Assembly: GCA_044892525.1 (NCBI GenBank)
Contig: CM097885.1
Location: 215,946,001 to 216,010,000 of the forward strand
Source of the DNA: Schmidtea polychroa
Taxonomy: Eukaryota
Length of the DNA stretch: 64,000 nt
Direction: 5' to 3'
The notes below the pieces were generated by a model, which was not told where the DNA came from, did no database searches, and worked only from the letters and a program-made list of their open reading frames with translations. Made by a program: the position numbers and the translations under genes. Positions within the stretch are counted from its first letter, which is position 1. Every line of letters begins with the position of its first letter. This document shows positions 12,582-23,700 of this stretch, one piece after another.

Positions 12582-12856
12582 TAAAAGTAAAATAATCAAA
12601 AAACTCAATATGAAAAAAATGTTTTGAAAACTTATGAAGACCTTATGTGTCAGTGTCTCACTGTCTGTTAAGCTTTAATTACAGTACAACTGGTGGTCTA
12701 GCTGGATTGTTTGAATTTAAGGTAAATTTTATAATTAATCCAATTTCTCTCTATTGGTTAAGTTTTGTGTTAAATTATTATTTCAATATCTAATTCATTG
12801 GTCACTTTTTGTTGTAAACATGCAATACTTAATTACGCATTGTAAGTATTTGAATA

Positions 12857-15182
12857 ATGGACAGGTTACAGATTACAAGGGAAACCAGAGGAAAATCAAA
12901 TGTATATTTGATTGGTTCAACCTTGTCTGACATTCTCGGAGTAAAGTTACCAACATATCACCAAGCTTTTGGTTATTTCATACATCTTCACCAAGATGAC
13001 AATCTGGCAGTACGTGATTCTAGTCGACAAAACGTCGTAAAGGTGTTTGGATTTTAGAATAAGTCCGAATTGGGCAGTCAAACATTCCATCAAAAAATGG
13101 GAAACATTTTTTGTTGAATGGAGTGGTCTACAAAAGCATAAGAATCGGGAAACCAGTGGATACAAGACGAATGTGGATGAATTCATCACACGCCTTGACA
13201 ATCTCTTTGACATTGCTCATTCGGATATCCTCACTTTGATGACTATTCCTCCTCTCAAAGAAAAAAGATCGACCAGGCTCAATGGGGCTCTTGACAAGGT
13301 TGAAGAACTAAAGAGTAAACGTAGTTTGGATCGGAAGGAGGCAGAACTGAAGCATAGGAAGCGATCACAAGAGCAAATTCAAATGATGATGAGGTTGACG
13401 AAGATGAGTTCGCTGATAAAAGCAAAACTTACAGTTAACCAGATGGACCCAAGAGAAATAAAAATCAATTTATTTTCACCTGGTTTAACATCAACTTTCA
13501 TCACTGAATGCTACCTTCGTTCTAAGTGAAGTAGCTTCCAGCCTTGGCCATGATGTAAACACTTTAAACATCAACCGAAGCTCAATACATCGTGCTAGAG
13601 AAAGTCACCGGGCTGCCAGATCTATCGGTTTGTGATCAGAATTTTCATCAACGAACCCTTGAACGGTTCACTGGGACGGAAAGCTGATGGAAGATTTATC
13701 GTCACATTTACATGTAGATCGTCTTCCAGTCCTTATCTCAGGAGTAAAGACATAATTCGAACAGTTACTTAGCATCCCAAAGTTGTCGGCTTGGATAGGT
13801 GAAGCCCAAGCATCCGCAGTCCTTCAATGTTTGGAAGATTGGGATGTCGAAGATCAGGTCGCTGCTCTTTGTTTTTATACGACCACAAATTTTTATACGA
13901 GCACAAATTAATCAAAGATCTTCTATTCCTGGCCTGTCGTCACCACGGTATGGAGCTAATTGTCGGGGCAGTATTTGATATGACTTCAGTTACACTTCAA
14001 CAAGACCAGACATGCCATGATAAATGGTCATGCATAGACTATGGTGGCTTTCAGGTTGCTTCATCGGACCCATCTGTTGAGTTACTAGTTGATCCATATC
14101 GTTCTGATATCCTGAGTTTTGCCAGAACATATTTGCAAGCTGAACAGCCAAGAGATGACTATGTGAATTTTTCGGACTCAGTTCAAGATGACTGCTTCAG
14201 AAGAGCGTGGTATTTGTGATGTCGTCATTTTTCAGCTATCATACACCTTAATGCCTGGATGACTGCACCACTTGCTGTTGAAACACCAATTAAATGACTC
14301 CAAGCTTATGGGACAACTTCTCAACTATCCTCATTTATGCTGCATTTAGGGTATTTATGCTGCAACCAGCAAGAAGCTTGGTCTACATTGTGGTATCTGT
14401 CCGAGGAGATCATTGGTTTGGCCTTGTTTGACTCCAGATTATCGCATGACTCAAAGAGACTGATGATTGCCACGATGTACGAAGAAGCGCTAGATCATCC
14501 ATCGAAGCGACCCAACCTAAAGTCTGATGCATTCCTGGAAAACTCGGTTTGGAGCAGTTCTGTACATCAAACTCCAAGAAACTGTTCCAGTTACATGAAC
14601 GACCCTAAACACTGGTCGGCAAGGATACATCGGACAAGAACAGGATGAGTCATACAAACGAGCACTGGGCATTGTCAAGAGCTTGGGTGTTGTCAACGAC
14701 AGAGCCGAGCGTGGAGTTGCTCTTATTCAAGATTATAACAACAACTTGAGCAAGAATGAAGATCAACACCAGTTTCTTCTTCAAATTGTGAATGAACACA
14801 GGCGATAATTCCCTGACTGTACCAAGCGATTTGTGCTAGTACTGGCGAAAAATTGGACACTGAGAAATAACAGTAACACGGATGAACAGTTAGCAATCTA
14901 GCAGAGACATAATGCTTAACATGTACAGTTGGAGTTCTTTTTGAATCAGTAATATTATTTTATATAGTAAACCGAACTTTTACAGGCAGTTGTGTGTGAA
15001 ATAAATGTGAATTAAACACACAAGAAAACTGTGGCAATTTAAAATTTAAAACTTAAAAACCGAGGGCAACTTCTAAAGATTTTTTGCACAATTCATTATT
15101 TCTATATTTGGCACAGATTGGATTGGTGACAGAGTTGAAATTTTAACTTTCATTTTTTGCTATGTACTAAGGGACACCCTAA
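12857..15182 (+). mobile_element. Decayed hATm-type transposon (3' TIR visible, 5' TIR not found)
   Basis: Fragments GVKLPTY, LDNLFDIAH, VHWDGKL, DRLPVLISG, LACRHH, PRDDY, LWYLSEEIIGLALFD and VVNDRAERGVALI. Ends GGGACACCCTAA at ~15182. Many stops and frameshifts. Confidence 0.85.
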
Positions 15183-16379
15183 TAACTGTTGGGTGACGAG
15201 GGCAAGCCCATCACCACATTCACTCTTAACAAATATTACAAGACGGAGCCTGGAAAGTACATGTGCCGAGAAGATAGTGAGAGGTCAATATTATAAGATC
15301 AATTCAAACCAATCCAAAAGCAATCCAACCCACCTTGTACAGAAACTAACTATCCTTTATATGTATATTACTATCTTTTAAGACAACTGAATATCATTTA
15401 TGTGTAAACTGTACTGACTAACTTTTATCCTTTGTATTCTGTGTATATTAAATTAATTAACTTTCATTTAACAACTGAGTATCTTTTGTGATTTTGTGAT
15501 TTATATTGGTGTATTGTTTTATAAGAAAAATTATATTTTATTACATATTTAACATTCTAATAAAAGAGGATTAAATAAATAAAACATTGATATTAATTAT
15601 TATAAAATTTAAATAAATCAATCACTAATAGTACAATTAATATTAAATACGAGATATTAATAAAATATTATTATTAACACGCAATATAAAATTAATATTC
15701 TAGGCCGGAAACAAATAATGAAAATAATTATATAATAAATATATAACACGCGATTTTATAATTATTAAAAAAATATGTCAATAATTAATATATAATTCCG
15801 TTCGTATAAGCCGGAAATATAATTATTATATTTTAGGGTTATTAATTTAATATAAATGTTAGGGATAGGCCTGCAGCCTGAAACAATAAAACAATAGATA
15901 TTACTCAAAAAAAGTATATTAAAGTAATAAAACAATTACCTAATATAGAAATATATATAATTAAAATACTATAAATAGAAATAATTTATATTTGGTATCA
16001 ACTAGTGTTGCTAATAAATAGTAGTTATAAATTATAAATAAATATAATATAAATAGTGGTTCAAAATGAGAACCAGTGACGCAAAAATTTGTAAGCGAAA
16101 AACGTGACTAAACATAAAGTACTTAGGAATTGAAAAAGCGAAAAGAAGTACACCATTAAAAATAATCAATTGAGAAACAGCTGTAGAAGTATTAAAATCA
16201 AAGTATTTGGGGAAGCTCTAATAGAAATTAAATATCCAACATTTGGAGTTGGAATATGAATTGAAAATCTTACGGTTGAAAAAAAGTTGTGAAATTCAGG
16301 AGATAATTTGAAACCAGAATATCTGCGGAAATTGTTGAAAAAGAAACAGTTGCTATTTTTTCAAGGTAAAAGAAATTTA

Positions 16380-16755
16380 TTGTCGCAATCAAGGTCCGGA
16401 AGGGTCTCTTCCAACGACGCCCGATGTCATCTTCATGGGCACCAATACTTTTACAGTCGACCCCGGTCAAAGTCACTTCCTCACTGACGGTTCCAGCAAT
16501 TTCCAACCCCGTTCCTGCACAGTCAACTGCCGGAAGCGTAAGCGCCTCATTCGTGTGGAGCGCTCAAAGAAACGCCGGGACAAAACCGCATTGTTCGCTG
16601 TCCCAAACCCTGAAAGAAAGAACTCCACATCCAATCCAGTCCTGTCCAGTACTCCTCAATATCGGATAATACCTGCTGCTAATTCGACGTCGTTCTCTGA
16701 TCCACAACTAGAGATGGATATCGCAGCTATGCTGAGAGAACATGTTGAATTTTGA
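16380..16755 (+). pseudogene. Low-complexity basic ORF-C terminal exon (unassigned), copy 1
   Basis: CRNQGPE..TTPDVIFMGT...RKRKRLIRVERSKKRRD...QYRIIPAANS...LEMDIAAML aligns with 40043-40483. Confidence 0.65.
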
Positions 16756-16938
16756 TAAATAAACTGCATCGATGATTGCCCAAGGACCGTTTATGATCTG
16801 ATTCACTAGTTGTTTTGCTCTGTGAGTGTGTCGGTTCTACAGACATGCTATATAGTTTGTTAGTTGAGAATGCATTGTCATTACTACTCCTAATATAATT
16901 TTGTATCTTTTGACAGTCTGGCCAAAGAAGACAGGAAA

Positions 16939-17182
16939 GATGTAAGCCCTTCTATCGGCATTCTAGAACCCGAAAGTTGAGTATCATGAGTAGTCCTAAC
17001 ACATGAGCTCACCTGCTCATAAACTCCAACCCGTGTGTACATTACCAACATGAGCGACCTCATGGGTACACATGAGGGGGTAAAAGTTATAAATCATAAC
17101 GGGCGTTTGGGAAGGAGTCTTTCTCTGAGACAACAAATCATTGCCCTTAGCAACCACCATCACGACGCACCCCTAAGCGCTC
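16939..17182 (+). ncRNA. Structured RNA module copy B1
   Basis: GATGTAAGCCCTTCTATCGGCA..GAACCCG. Stems GAGT/ACTC and ATGAGTAG/CTGCTCAT. CGTGTGTAC ATTACCAA CATGAG CGAC CTCATG G GTACACATG at 17032-17074. Terminal GGGCGTTTGGG/CCCTAAGCGCTC. Confidence 0.75.
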
Positions 17183-17524
17183 AACAATAAATAAAAACCC
17201 AGATCAGACAAAAACGATATATACATCGATTTAACAATCTAAGATACATAGCACGCACTACATAGGATATAACAAAAAAAATTTTTCAAGCAATTATGAA
17301 TTTAAATCTGAAGAGATAGTCAATTGAAAAAATCCAAGCTATTGTCAATCAGAAATTTTATCATTGGTAAATTTTGGTATTCAATAAATATTTATAGACT
17401 CATATTCTCTTTATTTACATAGGAACCAGTAAAGTTGAGAATTTCAAATATTGAGAACTCAACATAATTATCCATATGAAATCTAGGAATTTTGACCTTT
17501 ACCGGTATTAATTTGAAATTTTTA

Positions 17525-18050
17525 GTATGACCAAACCAAATCACCGAGAAATACAATTAACCGAGGAAATCCAGAAGTTACGCGAGAAGCTAAGCCGGAA
17601 GCAGAAGAGGTTAAACCAAGTAGAAGCGACCTAACAAAGTAGATACCCTTCACGAAAGGATTTTTCGAACAGAATGAGTAAGGGAGGAGCTCATTACTGT
17701 AAGCCGAGTCCAAACGCTCGTAATTCGCCGGAAGCACGATGTGCTGTCTAAAATGTATACGGTAAAGTGACTTGAAGCTAGAATTCCCCAGGGGGCGGCC
17801 CTGAAGGGACTGGATCCAATACCTGACCACCATATAGTGATGAGCCACCCAACAGTCGATGCTATTCTGTTTCAGTAACTCCAGCAACACTGTTAAACAC
17901 CTCTGCAAAGGACCGAAACCGCCGCTTGGGTCGACAGCAAACAAAGGCTCGGTAGATATCCGAACCAAATACATTGGCTCCTCCACCGCCCCAAATGATC
18001 TTCTTGCAGACCCCAAGGCCGATTCGGGCGTCGGTTTATAATTAATGACG
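17525..18050 (+). pseudogene. Decayed coiled-coil/basic ORF, unassigned
   Basis: After a TTTTAG acceptor, shifting frames give TEEIQKLREKLSRKQKRLNQVE, NKVDTLHERIFRTE*VREEL and AKDRNRRLGRQQTKAR. GC-rich island. Confidence 0.4.
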
Positions 18051-18925
18051 TAAGATTTCTTAACGACAGTAGTAGGTAGAAGTGAGTCCACGAGGACTCA
18101 TCATTAAGGTCAACTCAAGGTCATAGAAAATGTTGAGGCCAACTTAATGCCAATGTCATTTTGAGGACAATTAAGCCATTTAAAGTTCAAATTTTGAGGC
18201 CAAAGTTCAATTTTTCCAAATATAAGGTGAACCCCTACCCTTAATTTCAAGGTCAAATTTAAAATTTTTTTAAGTCCATTTAACGAATTACTTTATAGAA
18301 AATTTTCAAAATCTAAACACATTTTAAAGCTACGTTTGCAAATGTCTTTGTATTACACACCTTAAGGATAGAAAATATTTCTAAGCGAGATCTAAAGTGA
18401 ATGTGTGTAGAGTGCAATAAATAACGGTAAAATCAAATTTTTTAAGAAAATACATGTAATTTGGTTTAAATTTATGAAAAATATATGTATATATTTTATT
18501 TTGGACTGATAATCTGTGTGTCTGTATATGAAAACATTGATAAGGAGCAATAAATAAGGGACAGTTTTACTCACACACAAGTTTTATATCATTCGAAAGT
18601 CTACTATATATAATACATAATTGAATCGAATCAAAATAAGGGCAAAATCAAAAATGGTAAAATAAAAAGGTCATTATCAGACATTTTAAAACATATATTT
18701 TATTCGGCTTCACGTAGACTGCAATCCAATGTTCTCCTCCCAGATTAGACGAATCTGTGTTGACAATTATGGCTTGATTCACATCTAAATAGGGAATTTT
18801 GTCTAGTGGGTACAAATTCTTTACCTAATATTTGAGTACCAATTCGATTTATCTGAACAGAACTAACATAATAATTTTATTAGTTTAAAGAAAACTTACT
18901 CCATGACAAATTTATCTAGATTTAT

Positions 18926-19189
18926 TCATAGCAGCATAGTTCTATTTGCAGTAATTTGAACTTCATTTTCAAATACTCCATATATAATAACATGTACCGG
19001 CTCAATAATGGCTCTTGCAAACTTTATATCTAGTCTTAAATTCCCGTTTTGTGGTAATTGACTCTGATTTAAATCAAAATTGGGGGCTAAAACTAATGTG
19101 AGAAATGGGTATTTGGTTTTAAATACTTCAATAATTATTCCACAATTCAAGTTTTTATCTAAATAACCCAAATTTCTAACAATACTCTG

Positions 19190-19246
<57 letters not shown>

Positions 19247-20163
19247 CACAGTAATTATCACTTTCGAAATCTTGAGTATATGATTCCTTATAATCAGTAT
19301 TTTTAGACAAAGTCAATGATGTAACACCAAAGTTTTTGAATATTGAGCTGGTAGTATTTGATACATTATATTGAGTTTCACTTTGAAATGTTATCAAGAT
19401 AAAATTAGGCATTCTCCTGTCACCAAATATTTGTTCTTTATAGAATGATGAAGCACCATTAGCAATAGCAAATTGTACAATTTCCTTTGTTTTTAATGGA
19501 TAATTTGCATGTTTTGAATTAAGACCCAATTGATGTCCAGCTAATACAGAGGGGTCCTCTCGAACTCTTCTTACCAATATTTTGGCATCAACTAATTGAC
19601 ATATTGCTGCACATGCACTAGTAAGAGATAATGCAGAATCTGATTCTTTTCAGTTTAATGTGTACATTAACTCCTGGAAGCAAATATTTCGGTTGATCCA
19701 TAAAGTCGAGTTGTAATGATGAGCACCAATTTTTCTTTCATCATCTGTTGATGCATAACCTATAGGAGTAAGACATGTGTTTTTAGTATCGGAATTGTAA
19801 TTTAAAATAGTTTCTATCATGGCCTTGTGAATAAAATGTATTATTTCCGTCCTCAATCTTGATATTATTAAATCCCAACACTACATCTTTAAATAGAGTA
19901 TGAAACAGGAAATTGTTCCGTATTACATCTGCATTGGCATCCAAAACCTTTCTATCTTTATCTACAAACTTGATCTAAACAGTCAATAAAGTATCGTTTA
20001 AATCTAAATATTCAGTTTGCGAGCCATTAATATAAAACTCGATATCATTTCTACTACCAGTAATTTAAATCATAGGAAAAACTTCCTCGAATGCCCCAAA
20101 TTCGATTACTGCTTGATGCGATGGTCTATCAAATATACATAATTCGGATTTACCACAAATCAT
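18926..20163 (-). pseudogene. Polinton/Maverick major capsid (hexon-like double jelly-roll) remnant
   Basis: MICGKSELCIFDRPSHQAVIE...IEFYINGSQTEYLDLNDTLL; MIETILNYNSDTK; VRRVREDPSVLAGHQLGL..ANYPL; GNLRLDIKFARAII..VIIYGVFENEVQI. Stops and frameshifts. Confidence 0.88.
19193..19245. repeat. (AT)n microsatellite, 53 nt, inside the capsid remnant
   Basis: Pure AT dinucleotide run. Confidence 0.98.
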
Positions 20164-20522
20164 TTTGCAAATATAGTTCCATGTCCTTTCATTCGATTGT
20201 TTATACGCGATATTCCATGTCTTTTACGTTTTAGAGCATCTGTATCTTTTTAAAACCTACCCGCAACCCCTGGTAGAACGTTCCCTAATTCAGCTAAAGC
20301 GTTTGATTTTAGGGATGGTAATATTTTCTGTTCATTCATAATCACATCTTTTGCAGTTTTCATACCAAAACTACCAATACGTTTAAGAGTAGGAAGTGCA
20401 AATCTACCAATTGTTTTTAACCAACCTGATTAAAATACACCTTACTGTTTACCAACGAAATATGGTAATTCGCCGCCAGATTAGTTATTACTATACATAC
20501 TAATAATATCAGAATTAGTCAT
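20160..20522 (-). pseudogene. Polinton core (pVII-like) protein remnant
   Basis: SNN*SGGELPYFVGKQ*G..SGWLKTIGRFALPTLKRIG...KRKRHG..TIFAK*. Has a GG protease-site-like motif. Its stop overlaps the capsid ATG. Confidence 0.7.
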
Positions 20523-20720
20523 CTACTTTACGAAAATGTAATGTCAAATGAGTTTTCGAATCTTTTGGAAAGTTTATAAGATTTCCACTATCGTCACAAA
20601 TATTTATTTCTATATTGTTTATACATGAACTTGAAATTGGTAAATACATGGGATTATCGATATTAATGACGATGTTATCATTAAGTTTTTGTTTTTTAGT
20701 AGGTACGTTTATTATACCGT
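20515..20720 (-). pseudogene. Polinton minor capsid (penton) C-terminal remnant
   Basis: IDNPMYLPISSSCINNIEINICDDSGNLINF...HLTLHFRKVDD*. The stop overlaps the next ATG. Upstream boundary uncertain. Confidence 0.7.
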
Positions 20721-23700
20721 ATTTAAATAATTTTTCAAAAAATTCTTTTTTATCCGATTTAAAAGATCCTTGTGATCATTATAAAATATTTCATAAGGTG
20801 TAGTGAAAAGAGCTTCGCAAAATGGGCATAAATAATATTTTTTATTATAATAATTTTTTAAATAATATTTTTCCATTATTTCATGGCATTGTTTCCCATC
20901 ATGTTCTTTTGAGGTGCAACATTGTTTGTATAAATTGCCTTAAATATTTATAATTGCTTTATTAATTTTTTTAAAACATATTTAACTATAAACATCTCAC
21001 GAAAGTTTATATTTTTTATGGGCGGACAGGTTGATTTTGATCTTGGTTTATATAGTGAAATGCCATATGAAAAAGAATTATTTGATTTTATAATATATTT
21101 ATTTTATTATTTTATGTTTTATTTATTTTTAACCATTAAAAGGTTTAACTATATGGTTTATTTATAATATTGAATTTCATTTACATTATCGGCAATTCAT
21201 TTATCGCTATTGATTATCATTTATTTTAATTATTATTATTATTCCCAAATTATTAATATATTAAAATTTATAAATAAGTTCATTTGTCCCAGGTATATTT
21301 AATTATTTATTTGTTAAAATTCAAAATAAGATAAATTCAATTATAATCATTCATAAAATAAATCATTAAGTGGATGTCCTCATTGATTTTATTTTATTGT
21401 ATTTGTGTAGGTCTTATTATTTGCCATACGTGCATCAATTTTTAATTTTTTCGAATTTTCAATTAATTTTTTTTTATAAATTTTAACTTTTTATAGATTT
21501 AAACTTTTAAATTTCACTGCGCATCCAAATTTATTTTTCACTTCTATACACCTTAAAATGGACAAGTCGCGGCATTTAGCTCACTATGTAAACTTTAATT
21601 AATGAGTCACAATATTATTGAATGCCCTTAATTATTTCAAAATTGTTCAATTGTTCAATTTTTTTAATCACAATTCATATTTTTTTAAAAAATGGCTTTC
21701 AAAATGCATACGAATAGGAACATATTTTTAATTAGAAATTAACTATTTAACAATCCATATATACTTTTAATTTCACTTACATGAAGCATGCTAACTGTTA
21801 CTTCACAAACGTGGTTCCAAAACTATCATCTTGGTTTCGTTAAATGACACTTTCAATTGTCCTCTAGAGACGAAGCGATATGTCTAATTGAGATGTTCGA
21901 CAATCAGGATAAGTGATTAGTAAGGACTCCGCGTCAGAAAACCCCTGTTGTAATTACATTCATCAACACCGATCAATTCAATTTAATACAAAAACAATAT
22001 GTTTTACCAAAAGTGTTTCTGAAAATTTTTAGGCACAAAATTCATTCAAATCTGACTGAAATGCGTTTCCTTATATACCTAAATGTTTGTGTACTACTGT
22101 GTGTCTATTATAATTATTTTTTGATTTAATTTTTATCATTTTAAATGGTGATTTTTGCTAAATAATTATTTATTTCATTTCTAAATTTTTATTTTTTACT
22201 TAATTTTTATTAATTTCGACACCTTGTTTGATATCGCTCTTTTATAATTTCTTTGAATTATTGTTTTGGTTTGATTGTTTTTATCATTTTCTTGGCGATT
22301 TGGGCCGAGTAAGTATTTCTTGAAATTCCAAATTCTCCTATTTTATTTAGCTTTTTGTTGTTTTTCGCCATTTCCCTTCACCACTTTGACAGATTTTATC
22401 GTTTTTTACTTATTTTTCTTGAATGCCTATTTTTTATGTATTTATTCATAAATATTTATAATTTTCTTTGTCGCCATTAATTCGAATCGGTTTTATCGGT
22501 TGTTTATTTTGTGCTATTTATGTTATTTTCACCCGAAACTTCTTGATGTTGTTATTTATTTTAGTTTTACTTTAGTATTTAGTGATATTTACGTTATTTT
22601 CATTAATTTTAAGTTCTTTATTTGATGTTCTTTTATGTCTTGGATTTTTAATCGACTTATTGCAATGTCTTCATATTCTGTAAGACGCAATTAGGTCATA
22701 CTGTCGTCTTTATTTTTAATCAAATTTTAGTTTTGGCCCAACATGTGGTAGAAATTTACACCTCATACCTCAAAGATTTAAAAATCTAACAATAAAAACT
22801 TAAATAGCTGTAGGAAAATACATAACATGTATCTTTTAAAAGAAAAGACAAATTCTTACATAACATTTGGAAAATTTCTAATTAATATATACTTGAAAAA
22901 TTTTATTTCCATAATTTAAATTTTGATGGAAAAATTGTTATTTTTATATTTATTACGTTATAGATAGGGACTACAGTTGACATCCTACTTTCTGAGATCT
23001 CAACATTTTCTGAAATGTATCAAAGTAATTTCAAATAAAAAAACAAATTTTTATATTCACCACGACTCATTATTAATTAAGAAAAACTGGCTTTCAATAG
23101 GAATAAAATTTCAGCACAACTAAATCCTACTGAATAAAATGAACAAAGGTAACATTTACTCGAGAAGCAATTTCAACAATGAAGAAACGAATAATTATAG
23201 TGCGTCAAATAATCCAAAATTAATTATCACAGTATTTCAGATTCAAATACTGATTCAGAATTTGAATTTACAATATTCAAATCATCCAAGAAAGAACGAG
23301 CTTCTTGGAACAATGAGTTTTGTGTGGAAAGTTCTTGAACTGGTAAAGCTACTTTTTGCCATTCTACCTAAACCAGTTACAAATTAACTTAACAATAATT
23401 TTGAAAAGTGTGATTTTTAATAGAACCTTTTATATATTTCATAAATACCGTAGCGCAAAATTTTATTGAAGTGGGAAACAAGAAAATAAATTTTGAAGCT
23501 CAAAAACAAAGAATAAAGCGAGTTTCATGCGAATGGAGGAAGGGTTATCTCAAAAAGAAACAATGTGATTGATGCAATATTTGAAAAGAAATTCTTTTGG
23601 AAATATGAAACTTCTAGAAACGCCGTAGAAAATTTATTAAAATTCATAGATCAATCTTCTAACGGATGCAGTGCATTAGAATTGGATATAGAGTTAGAAG

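Noticed and set aside
17005-17020. GAG-CTCACCTG-CTC as an HDV-like ribozyme P3/L3
   Set aside because: The flanking 3-bp pairing is not kept in most copies, and I could not build P1/P2/P4 consistently. Not formally excluded without RNArobo/Infernal.
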